Shown: piece by piece, positions 37,851 to 51,599 of the stretch
How the letters are laid out: each line of letters begins with the position of its first letter
Numbering within the stretch: the stretch's first letter is position 1
Source of the DNA: Octopus sinensis
Lineage: Eukaryota
Direction of reading: 5' to 3'
DNA: 64,000 nt
NCBI RefSeq assembly: GCF_006345805.1
Contig: NC_043000.1
Span: 68,882,001-68,946,000 of the forward strand
Made by a program: the position numbers and the translations under genes
Notes under the pieces: model-generated
The model's database searches: none
What the model saw: the letters and a program-made list of their open reading frames with translations, nothing else
Told to the model about the DNA's origin: nothing

Positions 37851-39699
37851 AGAAAATCTATCATCCTCATCCTTGTTATATATACAACCTTCTTCATTTA
37901 TTTACGTATATTAACTTGGCCTAATTAGAATTACGACACGCTATTATTACGTTATCTTAAGAGTATTACTGTGAGCATCGGTTATATTATGCACATAGAC
38001 TTCATTTGGCTGTTTGTGATGTTCTATACATGAAAAGTAAAGCAAATACTAAGGAAGTAATTTAATTAACGGCACTTGTAATGACTACTGTAGATTTGAA
38101 GGTAGATCCAAAGTAATGATTAGGAAATCTATTACAAGTAAAGGTAGATCACGCATTTTGGAAAATAGTTAATAATTATGTTGATTTGCAGCAAACTAAA
38201 TTAACTTGAAGTAGTTCTTATTGTGCGATGGTCGGCTGAATTGTTCATAGGCTGACCAAAATATTCTCATGGAATGTGCTATGAGGGTTCTCATTAAATA
38301 TCAGGCTGATATCACTATTTTCATTAAACTAGTTTTTGTGCTTTCTGGTCAATAGCCCAAAATGTTTGCATGGATATGGAGTGTCGTCCAGTCGTTATTC
38401 TCGTTTTGATTACACAAAAGAATGGATTCCAAGCGTTCTTCTTGAATAAAGGTGAGGAACTTCTTTTTAGTACTAGAGGCGAATTGCAAGTGTATAAGAA
38501 TCTACGGAGGTGTACCTATACGGAGAAAAGTAATGAATCTTTCATTTCACAAATTTATAGACAAGTAACTTATATTAAAATTACTATATTGTTCTTAAAG
38601 TGTTTATCTCATTTAGATTTTTAGACATTTCGCCAGCGAAATTATTGAATGGGAGGCGGGAAATTTCACCCCCGGCTAAATGTTCCTTATCCCTATTCTA
38701 GGATGACAACAAAAGACTGATTGATGGTGGACCTCTTTAGCTTGCGACCCAATTTTTGGAACTTACTCGTTTCAGAAGTTGAGCTTAGTGACGATGAGAT
38801 AGTGATCTGGGAAAACCAGGCAGCTATCCAACAAGAGGCGCCTTCCCTCTCAAGCCAACGCCAGCCTCCAGCACGCTTCACTTCGACTACTTCAAAATAA
38901 GCTTTATTATACTATATCCACTTCCTTTCGTAAAGCTCTTCTTTTTCCCATTCTTGCAATCTGAGCTTATTTTATAATTGCAATCTTGATGTTGTGTACA
39001 GTAAGTTTTTGTTGTTGTTTTTTTATTGATTTTTCCCAAAAGAATATTTTTTCTGTCCAAAAGTATGATTTATACTCCAAGAGTGAAATTAACAATTCAC
39101 CTTTTTATTTATATTTATATTCTTAATCTTTCGACTAAGTAGACGGCACCAGCTATAGTTGCTGGCTGGGGAATGGATGGGGATTGCACTATTGAGGCGA
39201 TAGGAGACAATTGGGTGCAGCTGTTAAGGACGCTGCCAATTTGGCGCAGCTAACTGGACATTGAACCAGCTTTAGCGATGGCTCTTTTGCCGATAGTACT
39301 TTTTGTCACTGGAGGCAAATACACGCTAGACACGCACACGCGCGCGTGTGCACATATGCGGAAACATACTCAAAGATATGTACGTGTATATGTGTGTATA
39401 TGTGTGAGTGCGTATAATATACATAGAGAGAGACAAACAGATAGACAGACCGACAGACAAACATTACAATATATTAAATGAACTCGATTGCTACAAATAC
39501 GTTTTCCTCTTACGCGCGTAAAGCAAAAGCACGCATAGTGACAGAGAAGGAGACAGACTGTGAAGAAAACAATTTAATCATATGATCCACAGAAATAGTT
39601 AAAATGAGGTTATCTCCCATTACATACACAAATGAAAGAAAATTTTACAAGAAAAATATTCATAAATGAAAATCTTAGAATGCAATTTTTCTAAACGAT

Positions 39700-41262
39700 G
39701 ACTTTATTCAGTTCTTCATTTCGTAATAATAAGCAATACTCCCCGGGTACTCGACAGCAACCAAGTTTTCAAAATTATTCTTTTATTCTTATATATCCTT
39801 TTCTCTGCATCTATATATTTTTTAAAGTTCATTAAATGCTCATTGTACGCATCTCTTCCTTTCTGTATTTTATGCAGCCAGTCCATTAATTTCCATATCA
39901 TCAGACATTGCATACTAATTTCGTATCGCAATCGAGGATGGACCATCTCTAAATGATTGTTTGTATGGTAAAGATTCTACATTTCAGTTGAGAAATAGCG
40001 GAGCTTGTCTTCCACTTTTAGGTCTGTTTTGATGACCAACGTATGGATCTTCAGACCAATTGAGTAAAATCTGAAGTTCTGGTGGCAGCTCAGTTACAGG
40101 AGCATCCAAATATTCATCAATCTTACACAAGAGTCCAAGAGCAAGAACAATAATTATTTTTACTTTCAACGCAATATCTGGACCAGTGCGGTAGAGTTAA
40201 ATGAAACCCAATCTAACTAAATGTTTTTTGCAGATTTTATGCAAAACTGAAAAAAAAACATCCTTTTAAAAATAAGCATGCCAGGCAATGATTCTTTCAT
40301 AGCACAGTGTGCAGCTTATTCAAAGTCACACACAATTCAAGCAGGTCTCAAACTGGATTCAGTTGGGTTCACTTTCTTTCAACAACTCGAATACTTTCAT
40401 GTATGTGGTCCGTTATTTATTCAGCAAAACAGCATACACAATGGAGCGCACTTCGTTACACTTTTCCTTTTATTTTTACTAAAATTACATAGATTTGAAA
40501 AAAGGGGCTCGGAGCAATGCAGAATGTATCATTTGTAAACCATATATCAGATGACACTAAACGGAGGAGTCAGGTCATTCCTCCGAAGATTAAAATACCA
40601 TCAGGACCCCTGGTCCACAATAAAAAAAATTCGAGCATACCTGGTTAGGGAACATATATATTTTGTATCGTTCTTGCAAATCTAATTTCTGTAAATCGGT
40701 CGGATTAATGGGAGTATTACTCTCTAAACTATAATTTCTTCGTTTTATTTTTCTCGAACCAGAAATGTCAGGAATAACAGCTAGACAAGCTTGAGATATG
40801 ATTGTCAATCATTACTACAATCAAGGACTCAAAAGGCTACTGCTCCAATTTTTAGATTATTTAAAAAATATGCTGTTTCTTGTACTGGTGAAGCATCATA
40901 CGAATAGAAGATTAACGTTGTTTGTAACTTTGTATGTAGCCATGCTTTGCATCGCTTTTTCAGCTCACAGCTCCCAGTTCTATTTTCATTATCAATTCTT
41001 CAATTTAACAAGCATTTACAGAAAATTTTCACATCTGATCAACATTAAAGAAACTTTCATAACTATGAAGTGAAGCAAAAAACTAAACTATGTAGTTTAG
41101 AAGTTGGTATTACAAATTTGTTGTCAATTAGAATAAATCAAAAATTTTCACGGTGCCAAAATGTCCCGGAGACAAAATGTCTGATATCCAAAACCATATT
41201 GCCAAAACCATCTTGCCAAAATATTTCAAACCATATTGCCAAAATATTTCATGCCTATCTTT
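39700..41262 (-). mobile_element. MULE (Mutator-like) transposase relic with subterminal tandem repeats
   Basis: Broken frames: CDFE*AAHCAMKESLPG; LPPELQILLNWSEDPYVG...APLF; TNNHLE; IWKLMDWLHKIQK. GCCAAAA-containing short tandem repeats lie at about 41150-41250. Confidence 0.7.
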
Positions 41263-41400
41263 AGTACAGGGACCCTTTAGTCATGCCAGGAGTTAAGTAG
41301 TGTATGTCTGAAAGAGGAACTGTTCAGTCATTCACCTGGTTGCCGAACAGTATGATCTGAGCTACTTACGTTCAACTGGACGATGAAATAATGTGGGATG

Positions 41401-44400
41401 TGTTATGTATTCTTTGGTTTGTGTTGGGACAATAAAACAATTCATTGAAGGCATTATTATGATTCTACTTGTTTATTTACTTGGCATGTTTATAACTGTA
41501 TATGTATAGCGGAGTGATACACACTGTGCGTATTCGCTTTATTCACAATTCATATTGTTTACTAAATGCGCTTAACAAAATAGTACTAATAATGGGGATG
41601 TATTCATATATACGTATGCCTACGGATACACATAAACATGAACATATAACATCCCTTCTTTTAAAAAAAGTATTTTTTGGCAATGGAAAAATAGAAGTAA
41701 TCTCCCTTACACCAGTGGATTGTTAGAGCGAAGGTAGCAATCCTGTAGCAGAAACCGTGAGATTATTCTGCCCACGCATGTAGTTTTCTGCTTCCTAATC
41801 TAGCAGAACTAGTTATAATTTACTTTATTTTTCTTTAACGGTATCGAATCGGTGGTAAGATATTGGGTTTCCATCTGGTGGATCTTGTGCTCTGCACTGA
41901 TATCTGAGATGTGCGCAATGTCGCTGTGTTGTTGGGCTGCTGATGGATGGTTGGTGCCCGTTGAGGTGATGATTCTGTGTGTGCTGTCATCTGCTGTGGG
42001 TGTTGTAGTTCTTGGTGTTGCCACTGATGCTGCAGGTGTTGCGCATGTTATCTTTGATAGCTTTGGTGTTGGGCGGATGTGGGCCCTGTTTCGTCTCAGC
42101 TCCCTACCAGATTCAGATTCTCTGACGACTTGTGATGGAATCCATGTTTTGGTTATAGGATCTTGAGTATGCACATGTTGTCCTCCAAGTATCTTAGGTA
42201 AGTATTGTGCATGTTTGTTGTAATATTTTTGTCCTTGTTCTTGAGTGGCTGCTAGCTTTTCCCTTGTCTCTTCTTGGTCAATAGAAGGTTGGATCTATGT
42301 TGGCAGGGAGGTTTTATATTTCCTGCCATTCGGCATTTCTGCTGGGGACTTCATGTCAGCCCTCAGTGGTGTTGCTCGTAGGGACAGAAGTGCCAGGTGT
42401 GGGTCTTCCTTAGTTTCTTGGTATTTAACTAGTGTTCTCTTGGCTGTCTGCACCTGTCTTTCTATGAATCCATGACCTTTGGTGTGGTGTGGAGATGAAG
42501 TTATAATGTTGAACCCATACTTATTGGCTAGCTTTTTGAATTCCTGAGATGTGAACTGGGTTCCATTGTCACATATGATCTGCTCTGGTATTCCTTGCTC
42601 TACTAGAAGTCCTCGAGCCACTGTAGTCATTGTTTTGACTCTCAGGTCTTTCACTTTTCCCACAAGTGGGAATTTATAGTAGCAAACCATAATCAAGTAC
42701 CATTCTTGGTTCTCTGTGAGCAGATCTACTCCAAAAGCTTGCCATGGCCTTCTTGGGATGTCACTGAGTATCATTTCCTCCTTTTGTTGTGAGTTTCTGT
42801 ACTTTCGACAGATGTGGCATGTAGAAACTATCCTTTCTATGTATTTGTACATACCTACACAATATACAGCTGACTTGGTTCGGAGTTTGCATTCCCAGAT
42901 GCCCTTGGTGGATTTTGTCAAGGATTTCTTTTTGCATTAATCTGGGTATGATTATTCGGGATCCAGCTATCAGGACTCCATTATCTACTGATATGTCATC
43001 ATGGATGGCCCAGTATTCACGAATGAGGGGCTACACCCGATGTCTCTTCTCTGGTCACCTCTGAATCACCATCTGAGTAAGAAGCTGGAGTTCATCTTTG
43101 CTGGTTTCCTCTTTGATTTGTTCCTGCTTTGTATTTGTCACATTTACAATGTGATGGATCTTTACACTGAGTCCTTCCATCTCCTGTTTATCATGTGATG
43201 ATAGTCTTGAAAGAGCATTCGCCAATATCAGGTCCTTTCCTGGTTTGTACTTGATATTGTAGTCGTATTTTTGGAACCTCAACAGTAACCTTTGCAGTCT
43301 GGCTGGCGCTTTTGTGAGTTTTTTTCTGTCTATTTGTTCAAGAGGGCGATGGTCTGACTCAATACTGAAATGTCTGCTATACAGATATGTATGAAACTTT
43401 TCACTCCCACAGACGTCTGCTAGGAGTTCCCTTGCCATACACTTGGATATCGTCCGCTATCCCGATCGCTCCTTGCAGCTTTGGTAGGTCTCATCTACTT
43501 GGCGCTGGAAGACATCTTGGCTCACCTTCAATCCAAATGGGAGTCGGTTGAATCTGTATCTGCCAAATGGTGTGTTGAAGGTAGTGAACATGGATAATTC
43601 TTTGTCTATCTTTACATTCCAGTACCCATTACTGGCATCCAGTTTTCTGAATATCTTGGATTCAGCTAATGATGGTGTGATTTCTTCGAGGGTTGGAATT
43701 GGATAGCAATCTTGTTCAGATCCCAGGAGTCAAGGCATATTCGTAGAGTATCATTGGGTTTTTCTTTAATTACAATTGAATTCACCCAGTCAGTTGGTCG
43801 TGTCACTTTGGTGGTTATTTTTTTTCCATTCTGTCCAACTCAGCATTCAGCTTCTCTCTTAATTCAAGCGGAACACGGCGAGGTGGGTGGACAACTGGCT
43901 TGACGTTGGGGTCGAATGTTATATGGTACCGATACTTTGCAAAACATCCGACTGTATCATCAAAACATTCTGGGTATATGCTCATCAGTTCATCTTTATT
44001 TCTAGCTGGTGGTCGGTCTTTGATAGGCATTATCTCTGTCAATCCTGCTCGGAACTGCCTTAACTTTTGATTGCCACAATGTTGAGCTTTTGATAGGTAT
44101 TATGTCCGAGAATTGCGAGTCCTTCTATTCTTGTGACATAAAAAGAACACTTGATTTTTCTTCCTTTGTGTGTCCCTGTAATGGTTGTTTTGCCCAGTTG
44201 TGGAATCCTGGTACAGCCATATGTAGTCAGGATTCCATCACTTAGTGTGAGGATTCCTTCTTTGACCTTATCCTATTGTGTCGTGTGTTCTGGAAACATC
44301 TTTTTGTAGAGGTTGACAGGCAAGACATCACTCTGGGTTCCAGTGTCAATCTTTAGCCTTAAGTCAATGTTTATTCGTTTCTTGCCTGACTTCTTTTGGA

Positions 44401-44850
44401 TTTGTATTGTTTTGTATGCCTCATTTTTTTCGGTTGTCATTTCCCATCTCATGTACATTTATTGTGCCGACTGCCAAGAATTCTTCCTCTAAAGTGTTTT
44501 GTTCCTGTTGTTGGGCATGTACATCTCTTTGTCTTCGCTTTCCGATCCTCTTTGAAAGTTGGGGCTTGTATTTGTGAGATTTTGTTAGTCTACACATTTT
44601 TTCCGGTGGTTGGGCTTTCCACATGATTTGCAGTGTGTACCAAATGCAGGACACTTCCTCCTGTCATTGAACTCACGCTCTGTACTACAGTACTGGCATG
44701 TTCTCTGCTTGTGGGTATGTTTCATCCTATGTCTAGAGATAATATCTACACTGCTGCCTATTGTGTTTGTTTGAAATGTGAGTACTAATAATGGGGATGT
44801 ATTCATATATACGTATACCTACGGATACACATAGACATGAACATATAACA
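41401..44850 (-). mobile_element. Ty3/Gypsy (Mag-like) LTR retrotransposon, deletion derivative, 5-bp TSD GGATG
   Basis: 3' LTR 41401-41651 (TGTTAT...ATAACA) preceded by PPT AAAAGAAGGGA; only 70 bp of the 5' LTR (44781-44850); TSD 41396-41400 and 44851-44855. Gag CPAFGTHCKSCGKPNH, PR KIDTG, RT IADD, RH SDHRPL, INT CDNGTQF/GFIERQVQT. Confidence 0.92.
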
Positions 44851-45174
44851 GGATGTATGGTTGACGACAAGTGAACTGTGATGTGTTCAGGTTGAATAAC
44901 AATTTCCAAACATGTAAATCTGGCAATATAAGATAGTGACATTCATAGACAGAACTTGATTTAATTTCTTAGTGTATTTAAGTATTTCTTCGCAGTTTGC
45001 ATTCTATGACATAGAGAAGACTCCAGCAACGTACTGGAGTCTTCTTTATAACTGTTGATGATTCTTTATTATTAATATTTACATTCGAACATAGAAAGGA
45101 CAAAACAGGACATTACAAAACATTTAAAGATGGTGAGCTTATTTGATGACTTTAAAAATATATTATATATATAT

Positions 45175-45231
<57 letters not shown>

Positions 45232-45548
45232 GTTTATATATTTGTTGTGCAAGATTTTTTATGCGAAATCGTGTGTTGAAACAGATATTGTTATATTTTT
45301 GCATTAATCTTAATAATAATAGAAATACAAAATGGCTGACGGTTAGTAAGGAGAGACAAATAAGAAAGAAGAAAACAAAAGAAAACAAAGGACCATTGAT
45401 GCGGCCACAGGAGTGTGACGAAAGAACTCTGGCCGAAATTAGATTAAGATTAATGCAAAAAATAAATAACACTGAAGCAAAATAACACCAAATACATAGT
45501 GCGTGTGTTTTTATTGGCTAAACTGGCAAAATGACCATTCCGAAATAT

Positions 45549-45591
<43 letters not shown>

Positions 45592-45595
<4 letters not shown>

Positions 45596-45830
45596 TAATC
45601 CAAACATGAAAACACAACACAACAATCCAAACAAGAGAAAACACAACAATGCGAGGACGTGGAACAAATATAGTATTATTGGACGCTCAGGAAGGAAGGA
45701 AAGAAGGAGGGTTTAACGTTTCGAGAGGAGCTCTTCATCGGAAACATAGGAGAAGGAAAGATCCAGAGAAGGGAAGACAGAGGAAAAAAAATCGCCAACG
45801 GTACACACGCGATACATTTAAAAATTTTTA
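45592..45830 (-). mobile_element. Penelope-type terminal repeat with hammerhead-like motif at 45711-45745, ending in (TA)n
   Basis: Minus strand GUUU-CCGAUGA-A-GAG(CUCCU)CUC-GAAAC-GUU-AAAC; homologous to 29960-30168. Confidence 0.7.
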
Positions 45831-45839
45831 AATACTGAC

Positions 45840-47295
45840 TGTGGTCCAGAAGGCCAGAGACTGCACCCTTCTGCCATGTGATTAAGTGGGGGCAATCACT
45901 CCCAACTTCTTCACAACATTCTTCCATCTTTTCTCATATATGCCTCGCGACATATGTCTTCTGTCCAGCCCTATCTTGCTCCTCAGATGGTATCTGAAGA
46001 AATACAGCAAACCTGGGCCGGAGATAAAGGTTCCTGTTGCGACTCCTTTCATCCTGGTCCTCCAAGTACACTCTTTCATAACGGCGACTGTACAGAGAAA
46101 ACATGCTTCACCTTCCTTTGAAAGTCCGGCCGGCGGTACAGTCTTCATCACAGACTCAGCTGACAGCTGTACTCTTTCTAGCTGCGACAAAACGTGTTCG
46201 ACGTAAATTATCAAACCGGAAATCTCCGGACACTGTACAAGAGCGTGCAGGACGGTTTCCTCATCCTGCCCACACCTTGGGCATGTCGGTGACACTGGAA
46301 TGCCGTGTCTAAATAATCTCGAACGGATAATGCATTCCTATAGCACTGCCAAGTCAGGGATCTTTGGTAATTATCCAAATACCCCGATCTGAAAGTTCTA
46401 TGAAACAGGTTGGTTAGCTGGTTCTCATCGAACCCCAGAGTCTCTCCTAGAGTGTCGTCCCTCTTAAACTCTACTATCCCTTTATAAAATACTGAGGTGG
46501 TATTCTCGCTGCCGGCTTTGCCCGCCATGTGGATTAGCGCGAATGCCTGTCGGCACTCTTTTTGCCATCCAGTCATGTTCCGTCTTTTAATCAAATCGGG
46601 AGTAAATTCCTCCAAGGAAGCCGGTCGTGGAAAGAATTCTTCCGCAAGCGAATTCCACACCTGGCCACCATCCATGTAGAGCCAGAGATGTCTTAGCCTC
46701 AGTGCATGTCTGCACATCATCAGCCACGGCATCTCTAACCCACCCTTTAGCAGTTCCTGGCAGCAAACAAGCAGCTTTCCTCCCTTCCACAACAAGCGAA
46801 AGAGGAGTCGTGCCAACTTGCTCAGCCACGTATCGGGACAAGGGACAACGGTCAGACGATAGGTGATAACAGATGCAATGAAGACCTGTGCCACCTCCAC
46901 CCTTCCTTTCAGGGACAGCGCCCGTCCAAACCAAGTCTGGACTAGAGCCTCCACCCTGCCTGCTGCCTCGCTCCAATTCTTCTGCGTCTGGGAGTCCGGT
47001 CCAAACCAAACTCCAAGCAACTTAACAGGACCATCTGTCCAGTGTCCCACGACACTGGACGTTATCGACTTTGTCGCTCCAGGTGCCGAGCCGCATGCCA
47101 ATGGACATGTCCTTGTTAACTTCGGCCCTGCCACCGCCTCGTATCCCTTGATTGCATCCTCTATACAAGGTAACCGAGCCTCACTGGACACGGTGATGGT
47201 GACGTCATCTGCATATGCAGACTTACCACATCCGATTTTATTAGGGACGCCTCCCAAATTCTCAAACCTCGCAGTAAAGGCTCAAGTGTAGGATG
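45840..47295 (-). mobile_element. L1/Tx1-clade LINE 3' fragment (RT C-half and Zn finger)
   Basis: TLEPLL, SAYADDVTI, VKLLGVWFG, LSLKGRVEV, GGLEMP, then CPRCGQDEETVLHALVQC after a frameshift. Confidence 0.85.
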
Positions 47296-48419
47296 TCAGG
47301 AGAGGAACAAAAGTAGATATACGTCCAGCTGACATCTAAATTTTATTAAAAAACATTCTGTCCATAACTAGATTTAAACCAAATTATATCAATTAAAAAG
47401 TATTTAGGAGAAAGTGATGTTGGATGTAAAAAGTGAAACCACAAAGAAAAGAAACATTTATAATGGCTACAAAACATGTTGCAGTCTAAAGGAGATAACT
47501 TACAAAAAATTAAAATCGAGGTTATCTCCCGTAACTTTTGTTCGGTGGCAGGGGGCGTAAAAATGAAAAGGAAATGATGTTTGTAGAAGAATTTGCTTTC
47601 GTACTATAAAGTCTTTCACGGTAGCCTCTACTCGAACGTTCAACATGCTAAAAATAGCAGTTAAATCTCCATAAGCTCACACTCTACTCACGTAAATAAA
47701 AAAAAAAAACAGCTACAGTAGATAATATAGTTACTGCACACTCCTATAAAGATGAGATGTTCACTTTTAGAATGCCTTTGAAAGTAAGTTTACTCGGCCA
47801 GGGGCTAAACAGCAACAATAACAACAACAAACAAAACATTCAGCAGAAATGGTCATGGGCCTGAGAACGGAAGGGTGATGGGGTGCAAGCGCACCTCTTA
47901 AAATTTTTGTTGGGTACAAAATCAAAATGTTCACCCCTTCTTACTGTTCTCAATGCGTAAAAAGTGATCTGTGAAAGATAGCTTGAAGTTAGGTTTCTTC
48001 TCAAAGAACAAAGAACAAAAATAAATTTTTTTAAAAACAGTAAGACCTTGTTTGTAAAAGATATTGGACCTGAGTTTGCATCCGCTAAGCAAGTTTCGTC
48101 CCTGAGCCAGTGGAAATGGTGGTTCGATGAATCTCCGCTGTTTGACAGTGAGGATTCACTTGTTTGGTCAACTGAATTACCAGTAACTGGCTGTGTATTC
48201 CAAAGACATGTGTACCGTTGCTGCTTGTAATATTGTTTGCTTCCAAACCATGATGTTTTGGGTTCAGTCCCACGACACTTAGAAAGGCTATAACTTTAAA
48301 CAAGAACAGACTTGAACTATGACAATTTTTGAACCCATGCCAGCATGGAAAACTGAGTGAAAAAAAATCAATGAATCCTGAAGTAAATTATTTGAATAAT
48401 GCTTTTGATATTAGTATAA

Positions 48420-50850
48420 TGCAAGGCGTCGAACTGGCAGAATTGTTAGCACACTGAACCAAATGCTTAGCACAATTTCTTCTTCATGTACTAAGGTTGA
48501 TGAAATCAACTAACCCCCAACCCCAAGATTTAGGCCTTGTGTCTATAGTAGAAAGGAATACCATGTATTTTAGAAAGCGAGTGAAGTCAATTCAGTCAAC
48601 CTCAACTGGTAAATTCTTTCATCAATCCCAGAAGGATGATTTGTAAACTCAGAATAAGAAAGTAAAAATTAAGTTCTCTATAACGTCATAATTCTGTAGC
48701 ACTTCTGCACAGTCATTTTGATGCTCGTTATTACGATACACTAAGGCGGCGAGCTGGCAGAAACGTTAGCACGCAGGGCGAAATGCTTAGCGGTATATCG
48801 TCCGCCTTTACGTTCTAAATTCAAATTCCCTGGAAGACGACTTTGCCTTTCATCCTTTCGGGGTCGATAAATTAAGTACCAGTTACGCACTGGGGTCGAT
48901 GTAATCGACTTAATCCGTTTGTCTGTCCTTGATTGTCCTCTCTGTGTTTAGCCCCTTGTGAGTAGTAAAGAAATAGGTATATCGTCCGCCTTTACGTTCT
49001 GAATTCAAATTCCCTGGAGGTCGACTTTGCCTTTCATCCTTTCGGGGTCGATAAATTAAGTACCAGTTATATACTGGGATCGCTCTAATCGACTGGCCCC
49101 CTCCCCACAAAATTCGGGCCTTGTGCCTAGAGTAGAAAAGAATTGCTAGCACGCCACGCAAATTATTTAGCGGCATTTCGTCCGCCTTTACGTTCTGAGT
49201 TCAAATTCCGCCGAGGTTGACTTTGCCCTTCATCCTTTCGGAGTCCACAAAATAAATGCCAGTTAAGTACTGGGAGGTGGGGGTCGACGAAATCGACTTA
49301 CCCCTCCCCCATAATTGCTGACCGCGTACCAAAATTTGAAACCATTATTATGATACACTAAACTATATTAATATCTAAAAAAATAAATTCACTTCAATTG
49401 TATCATATATTTCACTGAGAGGGAAGTTTAAAGATTAGCTGGCTAACGAAAAGTGGCATTTATTTAGAGTTCGGAGAACGAATAATAAATACTCCAAATC
49501 AAGAAAAATGATTTCACACACTTATTTAATAAATAACAATTGCAATTCATGACTATTTATTATAGACTGGCATAATACTTTTAATGTAATCATTTACTTT
49601 CATAACAGAAAATACTACACGAAAGTTACCAAGAAAATGGGATAGTAACCCATATAACAAGCATAAAATATACCTTTCAATTGGTATTTTAATGTTACAA
49701 TTGCATTGTTGTCTTAATTATTTCAGTATTTCCTCTAAATCTGGAATTTTTCCCACATTACCTGCATAAATGTGAGTCACTGACAGGATTGTATTCCGAA
49801 TACAACTCCATATTTTGACTGCTATATTTTGAAGATGCATAAAAGGGATTCACCAATTGTAATAGAAACCACAGTGTTGGATCTCGCTCCAGTTCTGAGA
49901 AACAAGATGCCGAATGAATACGATAGTGGTAATCGGAATTTCTAATAATGCTTAGCTGCATTTCGTTTGTCTTTACATTCTGAGTTCAAATTTCACCGAG
50001 GTCGACTTTACTTTTATTCTTTCAGGCTCGATAAAATAATTACCATTTGAACACTGGGGTCGGTGAAATTGCTGGCTCTGTGTCAAAATTTGAAACCATT
50101 ATTAGTAAAGAGTCAGAGAAAATGCTTACAGGTATTTCTTCCGACTCTTTATGTTTTAAATTCAAATTCTGCTGAGCCTGACTTTGCCTTTCATCCTTTC
50201 GGGTTGATAAAATAGATACCAGTTGTGCACTGGGGTAGATGTAATCGACTGACCCCCACCCCAAAATTTCATGCCTTGTGCCTATACTTGAAAGAATTGT
50301 TCTTTTCTACACTAGGCACAAGGCCCGAAACGGCGGAATTTGAACTCAGAACGCAGCGGCAGACGAAATACCTATTTCTTTACTACCCACAAGGGGCTAA
50401 ACACAGAGAGGACAAACAAGGACCGAAATGCCGTTAAGCATTTTGTCCGGCGTGCTGACGTTTCTGCCAGCTCGCCGACTTACTTGAAAGAATTATTATT
50501 AATAATAATTCTTTCAAATTTTGAGGTGAGAGGCAAGTCGATTATATCGATCGCAGTACTTGACTGGCACTTTATTTTATCGATCCCAAAAGGAAGAAAG
50601 GCAAAGTCGACCTCGGTAGTATTCGAGCTAACTACATAAAGCCAGAAGAAATGTCGCTAAGCATTTTTTCCGGAATGCTAACGATTTTACCAGCTCGCTA
50701 CCTTTTTTAAAATTACATTTGCCATGCAGTGGGATCGAACCCCGGGATGAGATAAACTCAGCATTCATCAGAAAAGGTTGAAAGAAAGTCTTGTGCACGT
50801 CAATGTAATCGGCTACCCCACACACCCGAACTTGTTGCCCTTGTGCCAAA
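48420..50850. mobile_element. dense cluster of at least 7 SINE copies/fragments in both orientations
   Basis: Plus-strand copies at about 48420-50300 and minus-strand copies at about 50300-50850, all with the CATCCTTTCGGGGTCGATAAA-type core. Confidence 0.8.
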
Positions 50851-50879
50851 ACTCGAAACCAATTTACTAGGAATTACAG

Positions 50880-51290
50880 TATGATGTGGTTTATGATCAA
50901 AATGTCTAGTTGGTCACTTCTTTATTTATGCTAGTGTGACGGGTCCCTATAACTTAAATGTGCTGCGACAATCTGCCATGCAGAAGATTTGGAAGATATA
51001 CAGTTTTATTTCTAGCAAGATAGGATACCCCCACACCACTATACTAAAATAAGGGCCTACTTTGATGAGATTTTACCAAAGAGGTGGAAGAGGTTGCCTT
51101 CTGCATCCACCGGACCACAGACTGAACGACCTTTTTTGATGGAGAGATTTAAAAGGCAAAGTTTACGGTACAAAATCAGCAACAGTCGTTACATTGAAGG
51201 CAACCATTGAACGAGAATGCTGAACAAAATGTTTCTTAATGTTTGCGACTGCTTCGTGCCTGGACCAGAACAGTCATCAGCTAGCAAACA
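50880..51290 (+). pseudogene. Tc1/mariner-superfamily transposase relic (QDGAP-type)
   Basis: FYF*QDRIPPHHYTKIRAYFDEILPKRW resembles F.QDGAPPHY...VR.YLDE.FP.RW. Confidence 0.55.
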
Positions 51291-51599
51291 GGAGTTCGAG
51301 AGAGTTGGTATGTGAAAGCACGTGTTTGGATATATGAAAAACAAAATAGAATGAAAAAACTACCGAAGACTTGTATTCCTTATTTAATCTAACTTGTGTT
51401 GGTGTTCCAATGGCACATTGATAAAATGGAAAGATTGCAAATTGTGGTAGTAGTTGCTTTGTGCATTTCTCAATGTGTTCACTAAAGGGTGTCATTCTGT
51501 ATTCTGGGAATGCAATCTGCTGTCAGTGCACAGTGCATCTGCGTCTGAGTGATAATCCCGTGTACCCTATGTAGTTCTGGTGGCAGCCCGAGCATCTTA

